Origin: Candidatus Saccharimonadales bacterium
GTDB lineage: Bacteria; Patescibacteriota; Saccharimonadia; Saccharimonadales; JANWIN01
NCBI GenBank assembly: GCA_038231155.1
Contig: JBBRLY010000013.1
Span: 4,305-68,304, forward strand
Length of the DNA: 64,000 bases
Direction: 5' to 3'
Part shown: piece after piece, positions 17,612 to 25,219 of the stretch
Numbering within the stretch: position 1 is the first letter of the stretch
How the letters are laid out: the number at the start of each line of letters is the position of its first letter
The notes under the pieces: generated by a model
Seen by the model: only the letters and a program-made list of their open reading frames with translations
Databases searched by the model: none
Told to the model about the DNA's origin: nothing
Position numbers and translations under genes: made by a program

Positions 17612-19015
17612 ATGATAAAAGGTAATATCAATGTGGCTGGGCATTGCGGTCTATTACCAGACAGTACTAAAATTGCTTATGCTATAGTTAAGACATTAGT
17701 GCAAGATACCCCTAACCCCCATCAAATAGCCAAAGAAACCGCGTCCCCACCCAGGCTTAAAAGTAGGCGCGTTACTATCATAGTTGGAGTGGCCGTGCTG
17801 GGACTATTACTTATAGCGCTCGGCACCTTCTTTGCGTTCAAGAATTACAGTATTGTCCATAAATCTACAAACAAATCTGCTCAGCCCAGTAATAAGCAGG
17901 TTACCGCTATCGATCCAGCCCTACAGGCTGGCCAGGAGCTGTCAAGTGGCAAGTGCAACGGCAGTGGCGCTGGTAAATTGACCGTCCCGGCCATGAATCC
18001 CGCCGACTTCTCAATTCTCATTCCGTATGGACTAGTGGTGGGCGGCCACGTTACCCCCATTGATCACCAATACTGGGCTCCAGCCAATTACAACTCCCCG
18101 CTTAATGCCTATCCAGTATTTGCCATGGGCGACGCCCACATTACCGACATTGAACCTCGCACTCATGCAGACCCAACAAACCCAACCAAATCCTACACCG
18201 AATACCGTCTAGTCTTTACTCATAGCTGTACATGGTTATACTACTACGACCTAGTAACTAGTCTTTCGCCTGACATCAAAGCCATTTACGACAAACACGG
18301 TGGTTTTGATATTCCAGTTAAAGCTGGCCAGATGATTGGACGGATTGGTCATCAGACGCTCGACTTCGCCGTCTGGGATACCACTAAGCCTCTGAAGGGC
18401 TTCATTAACCCCACTAGCTACAAAAGCGAGGCTTGGAAAATCTACACCGCTAACCCTCTAAATTATATGTCGGCCAGCCTCAAAGCCTTAGTCATCGCTC
18501 GTGACCCTAGAACGGCTGAACCGATTGAAGGCAAGATAGATTACGACCTTGACGGCAAGCTAATTGGTAACTGGTTTGTTAAGGGCACAGGTGGTTACAG
18601 TGGCGGCGTTAGTAGCGGCCAACCCAATTATTGGAAGACCCATCTATCTATTGTTCCCAATCTGTACGATCCTAGTGCTTTCATATTGTCTATTGGCAGC
18701 TGGCAGACCTCCAATGGACAATTAGCAGATCAGTTTGCAGCTAAGGGCAATGCCCCCGACCCTTCTACTGTCAGTGTCGCAACCGGGTTAGTTAGGTATA
18801 ACTTAGTCAAGTTTAACTATACGGCACAAGATGGCACTCCTTGGACGCAAATGAACGTGATTAAGAACCCAAAACTTCAGCTGCAAGTGCAGATAGAGGG
18901 CTGTGCATTAGTGCAGCTAACAGGTGATCGGGCATTAAAGTTTGAAGCCATCCAAGGCAAAAGTTGTGCCAGCATTAATGGCTTTAGTGCCAACGCCAAA
19001 GCTTACGAACGTTAA
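17612..19015 (+). CDS. membrane-anchored secreted protein, possibly a degenerate LytM/M23-like domain; G+C-rich
   Basis: 467 aa with a TM helix (VTIIVGVAVLGLLLIALGTFFAF). VKAGQMIGRIGHQTLDF resembles an M23 strand but lacks HxH. The first 16 codons overlap motif copy 5, so the in-frame GTG at 17699 is an alternative start. Confidence 0.4.
   Translation: MIKGNINVAGHCGLLPDSTKIAYAIVKTLVQDTPNPHQIAKETASPPRLKSRRVTIIVGVAVLGLLLIALGTFFAFKNYSIVHKSTNKSAQPSNKQVTAIDPALQAGQELSSGKCNGSGAGKLTVPAMNPADFSILIPYGLVVGGHVTPIDHQYWAPANYNSPLNAYPVFAMGDAHITDIEPRTHADPTNPTKSYTEYRLVFTHSCTWLYYYDLVTSLSPDIKAIYDKHGGFDIPVKAGQMIGRIGHQTLDFAVWDTTKPLKGFINPTSYKSEAWKIYTANPLNYMSASLKALVIARDPRTAEPIEGKIDYDLDGKLIGNWFVKGTGGYSGGVSSGQPNYWKTHLSIVPNLYDPSAFILSIGSWQTSNGQLADQFAAKGNAPDPSTVSVATGLVRYNLVKFNYTAQDGTPWTQMNVIKNPKLQLQVQIEGCALVQLTGDRALKFEAIQGKSCASINGFSANAKAYER
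17634..17658 (+). repeat. 25-nt intergenic motif, copy 5 (most divergent)
   Basis: TGGCTGGGCATTGCGGTCTATTACC, 19/25 to copy 4. It lies 81 nt upstream of the LamG-like gene start. Confidence 0.55.
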
Positions 19016-19052
19016 ATAACCGTATTTATCTTTTAATTTTTCTTAGACAGAT

Positions 19053-19078
19053 TGGCTGGGGAAAAGGGATGCGAACTC
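19053..19078 (-). repeat. duplicate of the 3' end of tRNA-Gln (CCA, acceptor 3' strand, T-arm)
   Basis: TGGCTGGGGAAAAGGGATGCGAACTC versus 21331-21356 TGGCTGGGGAAGAGGGATTTGAACCC: 22/26, with the first 11 identical. No rest of a tRNA is adjacent. Confidence 0.7.
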
Positions 19079-19081
19079 TAT

Positions 19082-19330
19082 TTAACGAGGCAAAGTTATT
19101 CCAGCTTGTTTAGCCGCGCTAACTAGTTTAGAATTTAATGTTAAAATCTTCTTTTCAATTGATAGTTTATCAAATTCTTTTGTGATAATTGGTTCGCTTT
19201 GAATTTGTGCAATCATGTCGTAGATTTCTTTTATGTCATTCCTTAATGCGTGTAACTCGCCCTGAACAGGCTGAATTTCCTCCTTGATTATATTCCGTAT
19301 TTCTTGCAGATCTGACGATGTTAGACTCAT
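19082..19330 (-). CDS. small coiled-coil hypothetical protein
   Basis: 82 aa with a heptad-like pattern (LQEIRNIIKEEIQPVQGELHALRNDIKEIYDMI). Confidence 0.4.
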   Translation of the reverse strand: MSLTSSDLQEIRNIIKEEIQPVQGELHALRNDIKEIYDMIAQIQSEPIITKEFDKLSIEKKILTLNSKLVSAAKQAGITLPR

Positions 19331-19376
19331 ACAGTTATTTTAGCATGCGTTAACTGCGGCTTAATACTTATTATAT

Positions 19377-19401
19377 TGGCTGAGCATGCCTGGTGTTGAA
19401 C
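19377..19401 (+). repeat. 25-nt intergenic motif, copy 6
   Basis: TGGCTGAGCATGCCTGGTGTTGAAC. In gene sense it is followed directly by TATAAT. Confidence 0.65.
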
Positions 19402-19543
19402 TCATTCAATAAAGTGATGAGACTTGTACCAAAGATTCGTATTAGCAAGCCGAAGTTGGATATACAACAGCTTAGAACAACTCCCCCTTGTTCAGGATCA
19501 GAAATAATTAGGGCATGAGAAGATTCTATACAACGACTAACGT

Positions 19544-20134
19544 TTATTGTAGGAGATCTTCGTTGGCGGCCTCAAAGACTGTAGATATTTTGCCTTCGCA
19601 ATCAAACGAAAACGAAATGACTTTTTTAGTACTGGATTTGCCAACCACGGCATTACTCGGGAAATATGTTTTATAGAAACTCTTGGCGTAGCCGCTTGTG
19701 ACAGAAGACGCTAGAGCAAAATCCCAAGTTGTAGTTGTGGGGTCACCGATAAAACTGGTGATATCGGTTACGGCTTGAGTTGGTGTTTGCACACCAATGC
19801 TCTCGCTGGCCGCTACTATTACAGTCACCTTGATCGCCATGTAGCCTTCCAGCGCGGCAGTGTTGCCGGAAGTAATGCTGGCTTTGATATTGTCTAAATT
19901 GCTAGCGCTAGGGTCTTTGCATACAGTTTTAGGTGGTGTAACCTCAGTTGAAGTAGTCGTCTTTGGCGTTGCTGCTGGTGCGGGTTTTGAGTTAGAACTA
20001 GGTGTGGTTTTTTTGCTGTCGTTATTTTGTTTCCAAATGTACCAGCCCAATGCACCTAAAATGATTAGTATTAACAATATCAGCAATAGCTCCACCATGC
20101 CCATACCATGTTGATTAGATCTTAGTTTTCGCAT
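19544..20134 (-). CDS. type IV pilin-like protein (non-canonical prepilin leader)
   Basis: 196 aa. The sequence MRKLRSNQHG/MGMVELLLILLILII has a basic leader ending in Gly, Glu at +5 and a hydrophobic helix. Confidence 0.5.
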   Translation of the reverse strand: MRKLRSNQHGMGMVELLLILLILIILGALGWYIWKQNNDSKKTTPSSNSKPAPAATPKTTTSTEVTPPKTVCKDPSASNLDNIKASITSGNTAALEGYMAIKVTVIVAASESIGVQTPTQAVTDITSFIGDPTTTTWDFALASSVTSGYAKSFYKTYFPSNAVVGKSSTKKVISFSFDCEGKISTVFEAANEDLLQ

Positions 20135-20222
20135 TAACCACCCCGCTATTTATTAGCTTAAGCATATATCTAAATCTATAAGCAATCAAATCAAGGTTTA
20201 AGAAATTCGTATATTATTATTT

Positions 20223-20247
20223 GAGCTGAGCACCTCGGTCTAGAACC
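20223..20247 (+). repeat. 25-nt intergenic motif, copy 7
   Basis: GAGCTGAGCACCTCGGTCTAGAACC, 22/25 to copy 4. It lies 10 nt past the purC stop. Confidence 0.8.
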
Positions 20248-20256
20248 TATAATGAT

Positions 20257-21168
20257 TCATACCGTATAATCCAAAAGATTATTCATAATTCGTTCTCTTA
20301 CTGGTGTAATTAAGTCTGGCCGGAAAGGCTGACCGGTTAATTGTTGATACACCTGAATGTATCGCCTAGTCATTTCCATAACTTTACCTTTTGGTGCATC
20401 TGGCATAAATTCATCATCATACGGTCTGCTATTAGTCTGAAACCATAAGCGAAGAAACTCTTTGTCATAATTCTCAGGCTCTTGTCTTTGCTCAAATTTT
20501 TCTGAGTAATCAGCCATTTGCCAATATCTTGATGAGTCTGGTGTATGTAACTCATCGATTAGGATAATTTCACCAGTGTCGTTTATACCAAACTCATACT
20601 TAGTGTCCACTAGTACCAGGCTGTGTTCTCGAGCAACATGTTGACCAAAGCCAAATAGCTCTAGCGCTACTGAAACTAGTCTGTCTCTAGTTTCAGTGTC
20701 AACTAGGCCTTCTTTTACAATGCTATCGAGCGTAAGATTACGGTCATGAGTTTCTAATTTTGTAGATGGTGTAATAACCGGATGATTAAGTCGTTGGTTT
20801 TTATGTAAGTTATCGGGAAGTATAAAATCCCCGAAATCGCGCTGCCCTTTATCATACGTTTTCCATAAAGACGTATTGGTTACACTAGTAACGAATCCTC
20901 TCACGATCATCTCTACTGGTAATACATCACATCTTTGAGCAACAGTAACGTTGGGATCAGGATACCCTATAGCATGGTTATCAATGATATGTCTAGTTCT
21001 ATCGAACCACCAACGACTTATTTGCGTAACTGTCTCTCCTTTATATGGCACAAGTGCTAAATTACGATCAAAAGCAGAATAACGATCAGTCGCTACCAAC
21101 AATACTCTTCCTGGCTGCTCATATATGTCTCTAACCTTACCAACTCTTTTCTCCTCAATTTCAGGCAT
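20257..21168 (-). CDS. purC: phosphoribosylaminoimidazole-succinocarboxamide (SAICAR) synthase, long form
   Basis: GKVRDIYE and LLVATDRYSAFD motifs. I moved the start to the ATG at 21168, which has GAGGAA 6 nt upstream. The track's 5' extension to 21405 runs through the tRNA gene. Confidence 0.8.
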   Translation of the reverse strand: MPEIEEKRVGKVRDIYEQPGRVLLVATDRYSAFDRNLALVPYKGETVTQISRWWFDRTRHIIDNHAIGYPDPNVTVAQRCDVLPVEMIVRGFVTSVTNTSLWKTYDKGQRDFGDFILPDNLHKNQRLNHPVITPSTKLETHDRNLTLDSIVKEGLVDTETRDRLVSVALELFGFGQHVAREHSLVLVDTKYEFGINDTGEIILIDELHTPDSSRYWQMADYSEKFEQRQEPENYDKEFLRLWFQTNSRPYDDEFMPDAPKGKVMEMTRRYIQVYQQLTGQPFRPDLITPVRERIMNNLLDYTV

Positions 21169-21330
21169 ATATGTTTCCTCAAGAATAAATCTTTGAGGAG
21201 GGTCTAATAATCCGAGATCTATATCAGTAAAATCTAACGCCTCATGACCAAGTTGTTCGCCTCTGTCTGGCATAGATATATTTAAACATACAAGTCTCGG
21301 AACACGGTCACAACCCCTGTTGCTAATGCT

Positions 21331-21404
21331 TGGCTGGGGAAGAGGGATTTGAACCCCCGATCCTGGGACCAGAACCCAGTGCCTTACCGCTTGGCCATTC
21401 CCCA
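21331..21404 (-). tRNA. tRNA-Gln (anticodon CUG), CCA encoded
   Basis: Hand-folded cloverleaf. Acceptor TGGGGAA/TTCCCCA with U1-A72 as in bacterial tRNA-Gln. Anticodon stem CTGGG/CCCAG with loop TTCTGGT. T-arm GGGGG-TTCAAAT-CCCTC. Confidence 0.85.
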
Positions 21405-21471
21405 TTACTAGCGAGGTTATTGTAACAATTTGTATCTGTACTGACCAGGATATTGTATACTTAATTCAAAT

Positions 21472-22113
21472 ATGAAATTGGCTCATCTGCATCACAAAAG
21501 TCAGCACTTAAACGAACCAGTTTGGCATGTACAGCTTGCTGTCTTAGTTGCGATTGGCTTACAGCTCAGTCTTAGCAGTCAATTAACATTGGGGCCTAAG
21601 TACGTTATTGCCGGTTTCGAAGTTCTATTACTTTTGTCCTTGTCTGTAATAAAACCAGCTGATAGTGCAGTACCTGTACGACGTAGTTTGGCAATGATAT
21701 TAATTGCTCTTATTTCAATGGTTAATATTGGATCTCTAATTATTGTTTTGGACGCTCTATTTAACGGTAGCCGAATAAGTGGACATGAACTGATTATATC
21801 CAGCGTGGCAATTTATTTAACTAATATTATTATGTATGGACTATGGTATTGGGAGTTAGATAGTACTCGAGTAGAAACACGAGACTTTTTATTTCCGCAA
21901 ATGATGTCTAAAAGTGAAGTTACACATCAGCCGGGATGGCAACCAGCCTATTTTGACTATCTATATGTATCAATAACCAATGCTTCAGCCTTTAGCCCTA
22001 CTGATACTATGCCTCTTACTCACCGAGCTAAATTGTTGATGAGTTCCCAATCCATGGTCTCGCTTATTACAATAGTGCTTGTTACAGCCAGGGCTGTAAA
22101 TATCTTGGCCTAA
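21472..22113 (+). CDS. DUF1345-like integral membrane protein
   Basis: 213 aa with 4-5 TM segments. YFDYLYVSITNASAFSPTD resembles the conserved DUF1345 segment. Confidence 0.5.
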   Translation: MKLAHLHHKSQHLNEPVWHVQLAVLVAIGLQLSLSSQLTLGPKYVIAGFEVLLLLSLSVIKPADSAVPVRRSLAMILIALISMVNIGSLIIVLDALFNGSRISGHELIISSVAIYLTNIIMYGLWYWELDSTRVETRDFLFPQMMSKSEVTHQPGWQPAYFDYLYVSITNASAFSPTDTMPLTHRAKLLMSSQSMVSLITIVLVTARAVNILA

Positions 22114-22125
22114 TTTCTAGATTTA

Positions 22126-22647
22126 CTAGGCTTTATCAATTCGACCGCAGGCCAGGCGAGGGCCACCACTAATACCCGAACCCGACTCACCAGGGCCGTA
22201 AGGGTCAGGGTTGGCGTGCACCATTAATGAAGTACCTTCTTTGGGTTCCAAAATAGAGAATGGACCATCAGATAAGGTCACCCTAGTAGTAATAGCTTGT
22301 AACTCGCCCTCGCCACTGTCGTTAATTGAAATACTCGGTAAATCACCGGCATGATAACCGTGATTGGCGTCAGGATCGCTATTCCCAGCTGGACCGGGGT
22401 CAAAGTGGCCACCCGCACATTTAAAACCGTCACACTCGCAATCACCCTTTTCATGAATATGCACTGCATGCTTACCAGACTTTAATATTTTTGGATCACC
22501 TTTGAGCGTTAAACGCAGATGCACATATTTCCAACCATCGACGTCATACTCAATAAATTCAGCTATACCGCTTATATCTGGTCCAGACACTTTAGCAGCG
22601 GCCTTTAAAGTCACTTTTTTAGTGTCAGCTTGTAAATCAACTTTCAT
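22126..22647 (-). CDS. sodC: Cu/Zn superoxide dismutase, no signal peptide
   Basis: HAVHIHEKGDC, GGHFDP, HAGDLP, MVHANPD and GGPRLACG motifs. The N-terminus is hydrophilic. Confidence 0.85.
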   Translation of the reverse strand: MKVDLQADTKKVTLKAAAKVSGPDISGIAEFIEYDVDGWKYVHLRLTLKGDPKILKSGKHAVHIHEKGDCECDGFKCAGGHFDPGPAGNSDPDANHGYHAGDLPSISINDSGEGELQAITTRVTLSDGPFSILEPKEGTSLMVHANPDPYGPGESGSGISGGPRLACGRIDKA

Positions 22648-22921
22648 GATCTACTCCGTTTCCTAAAAGGTAAATAAACGATCCACCAAAACTAGATCCG
22701 GCTAGAAATATCAGTACGTGTTGAAGGGCATGGTGCCAAGGCGCTATTTCGGCCCAACTAGACATAATAAATATGGCAAACAGGGTTAATCCAACAGACA
22801 CTATCATAAAAGCTCTTGGCAACCATAGTTCAATTGAAAGCCTTTTAGTTTTACTTAATATAGTTTTTTGTTGCGTAAGTGGCATAATCCCTCCTATCAA
22901 TATTAAGAATTGTAGCACCAA
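22637..22921 (-). CDS. small 2-TM membrane protein with His cluster (APWHHALQH)
   Basis: 94 aa. Its stop overlaps the sodC start by 11 nt, and a GGAG SD for sodC sits inside its 3' end. Confidence 0.45.
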   Translation of the reverse strand: MVLQFLILIGGIMPLTQQKTILSKTKRLSIELWLPRAFMIVSVGLTLFAIFIMSSWAEIAPWHHALQHVLIFLAGSSFGGSFIYLLGNGVDHES

Positions 22922-22955
22922 AGTTTGGGCATATCAGTCAAATAACTCTACGGAA

Positions 22956-24137
22956 TTACTTAAATAAATCTAGATCGCCTAGTTCATCAGGTAAAAAGCC
23001 AGCTTGATGTTTAAAATTAGCCTGCCACTTGTAACCCTTTTGATATCCAAGTTCTTTCATCAGCTTTGTTGGGGCATTGCGTAGATGTAAGGGAACCGGT
23101 AAATCGGGAAATTCTCGTGCAGCTGTTAATGCCTTACTCATAGCATTGGCTACCACTCTAGATTTTTGGCATTTAGCCAAAACAGTTGCGCAATGAAACA
23201 GGTTATATTGGCACTCCGGCATACCAATGCGCTCTACTGCTTGAAACGTTGCAACCGCTAAATTTAGTGCTGGTGAAGTGGCAATGCCGACATCTTCGCT
23301 AGCAAAGATTACCATTCGTCGGGCAATAAATTTGGGGTCTTCACCGGCCTGTAGCATCCTAGCCATGTAATAAAGTGAGGCATTGGCATCACTACCTCGA
23401 AGAGATTTTATAAAGGCGCTAATAATGTTGTAGTGATTCTCGCCGGCTTTATCGTATCCCGGTACCCGTTTCTGGGCAGCAGTTTTGATAACCTCAGGCG
23501 TAATATTGCCAGTAGTAAGTTGGGCAGCTAATTCTAAATTACTAAGAGCCACCCGAGCATCACCACCGGAAATTTCTGCCAATAGATCTATACTAGAAAC
23601 TGGTAAGCGTTTAATTGAAAGTTTTTCCTGCATAGCGGCTTTTTTGATGATCTTAATAATTTCAGGCTTGGTCAGTGGTTCTAGTACTAAGACTCGGCTA
23701 CGCGAAAGCAGTGGATTAATAACTTCAAAACTGGGGTTTTCTGTAGTAGCACCAACTAGTATCAGTACACCGTTTTCAACATAAGGTAAAAAAGCATCTT
23801 GCTGAGCTTTATTAAAGCGGTGAATTTCATCGACAAACAGCAGAGTTTGACTACCTAGTCGTTGATTAGCTTCAGCTCGTTGTATAACTTTAACAACGTC
23901 AGCTTTTCCAGCAGCCACAGCGCTTAGCTCTACGAAATCGGCAGCAGTTTCATTGGCAATAATCCTGGCCAGAGTGGTTTTGCCACTTCCTGGTGGTCCC
24001 CACAAAATTAAACTTGCCGGACGTTTATTGGCTATCATTTCACGGATGATTTTACCTTCGGAAATCAAATGCGTCTGACCAATAACATCTCTCAGTTTTT
24101 TAGGCCTCATCCGTTCGGCTAATGGTATTGACTCCAC
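22956..24137 (-). CDS. rarA: replication-associated recombination protein A (AAA+ ATPase)
   Basis: PLAERMRPKKL, Walker A GPPGSGKTT, LFVDEIHRFNK, and a C-terminal MgsA domain. Confidence 0.9.
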   Translation of the reverse strand: MESIPLAERMRPKKLRDVIGQTHLISEGKIIREMIANKRPASLILWGPPGSGKTTLARIIANETAADFVELSAVAAGKADVVKVIQRAEANQRLGSQTLLFVDEIHRFNKAQQDAFLPYVENGVLILVGATTENPSFEVINPLLSRSRVLVLEPLTKPEIIKIIKKAAMQEKLSIKRLPVSSIDLLAEISGGDARVALSNLELAAQLTTGNITPEVIKTAAQKRVPGYDKAGENHYNIISAFIKSLRGSDANASLYYMARMLQAGEDPKFIARRMVIFASEDVGIATSPALNLAVATFQAVERIGMPECQYNLFHCATVLAKCQKSRVVANAMSKALTAAREFPDLPVPLHLRNAPTKLMKELGYQKGYKWQANFKHQAGFLPDELGDLDLFK

Positions 24138-24205
24138 AGCTTAATTATAAGACCTTGCCTGTATTCTATAAAAGGTCAAATACCATTTCCGCGAAGTGTA
24201 TAATC

Positions 24206-24481
24206 ATGCTTTGGATGGTGCAGCTTAAAGATATTAGATCTAACTTCTGGGAAGATAAAACCGGACGTCTTGTTATTTGGCAGTCGCCAAATATCTGGTT
24301 ATCGGTATGGTTTATATCAATGATCATCAATTGGATCATGTCAAATAAAATACTCGGTTATATATCCTTAGTGTCGCTGACTATATGGGCAATCTTAGAA
24401 ATATTTAAAGGTGTCAATTATTTTCGACGCTTATTAGGCTTAGTTGTGCTAACAAGTTTAGTTGTCAGCCATCTTCGTTAG
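24206..24481 (+). CDS. small integral membrane protein
   Basis: I moved the start from the track's 24122 to the ATG at 24206 or 24215. TGTATAAT at 24197-24204 favours 24215. Two to three TM segments. Confidence 0.4.
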   Translation: MLWMVQLKDIRSNFWEDKTGRLVIWQSPNIWLSVWFISMIINWIMSNKILGYISLVSLTIWAILEIFKGVNYFRRLLGLVVLTSLVVSHLR

Positions 24482-24494
24482 TTATTTAAATATA

Positions 24495-25067
24495 ATGGCT
24501 CAGGCTATGACAATAGATTTATTAAGTGACTCACTACATGCAGCTCCAGGGCTGCTAGGTTATAAATTATCACACCGAACGGATGAAGGTGTTGCTAGCG
24601 GTATTATTGTAGAAACTGAGGCCTATAATAGTACAGATCCAGCTAGCCATACTTATAGAGGCCAAACGGCACGAAACTCCGTAATGTTTGGCCCGCCTGG
24701 GCATGCTTATATCTATTTTACATATGGTATGCACTATTGTGTCAATGTAGTAACTGGTCCGGTTGGCGACGGCCAGGCTGTACTTATTAGAGCCCTTGAA
24801 CCGATTGAAGGCCTAGATATTATGAAAAAAAGACGTCACACCGATGATATAAAACAACTTACAAATGGTCCAGCTAAATTAGTACAAGCCCTAGGCATAG
24901 CTAAAGCTGATTACGGTATTAATTTATTTACCAGTAAAAAACTATATATTAAGCCTGGTATAAAACCCCAGACCGTTATCCAAACGACTAGAGTAGGCAT
25001 TAGGCAAGCTATAGAAAAACCTTGGCGCTTTTATATTGGAAATAATAGCTATATTTCTAAACCATAA
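24495..25067 (+). CDS. DNA-3-methyladenine glycosylase (AAG/Mpg family)
   Basis: ETEAY, DPASH and GHAYIYFTYGMHYCVNVV motifs. The start is the ATG at 24495 or 24507. Confidence 0.85.
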   Translation: MAQAMTIDLLSDSLHAAPGLLGYKLSHRTDEGVASGIIVETEAYNSTDPASHTYRGQTARNSVMFGPPGHAYIYFTYGMHYCVNVVTGPVGDGQAVLIRALEPIEGLDIMKKRRHTDDIKQLTNGPAKLVQALGIAKADYGINLFTSKKLYIKPGIKPQTVIQTTRVGIRQAIEKPWRFYIGNNSYISKP

Positions 25068-25139
25068 TTCCAACTATTTCTCTACTTGAAATCATGCTTA
25101 ATTGGGAATAATCTGATTGTGGAAGTGTGAGGCTTCCGC

Positions 25140-25164
25140 TGACCTCGGCAATCTGCCGAGGTCA
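25140..25164 (+). terminator. 11-bp GC-rich hairpin followed by TTTAGT
   Basis: TGACCTCGGCA-atc-TGCCGAGGTCA, downstream of the glycosylase gene and between convergent genes. Confidence 0.5.
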
Positions 25165-25219
25165 TTTAGTATCTGTTCTTGGAATGCCGGTTTCCATAAA
25201 TAGCTTAAACTTTAATGGC

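Noticed and set aside
11197-20247. Calling the 25-nt repeats canonical integron attC sites.
   Set aside because: There is no GTTRRRY/RYYYAAC core pair, no consistent R''-L''/L'-R' inverted partner, and no intI-like gene in the window. Some units are multi-gene or contain an opposite-strand gene. I kept this as a cassette-like analogy only.
21169-21405. The 5' extension of the purC ORF in the track (start at 21405).
   Set aside because: The extension reads straight through the tRNA-Gln gene (21331-21404). A GAGGAA SD precedes the internal ATG at 21168, which places GKVRDIYE about 10 residues from the N-terminus, as in other SAICAR synthases.
22630-22650. Treating the 94-aa membrane ORF and sodC as one frameshifted gene.
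   Set aside because: sodC has its own ATG with a well-placed GGAG SD, and the overlap is typical of translational coupling. I retained this as an alternative in the findings but did not call a pseudogene.
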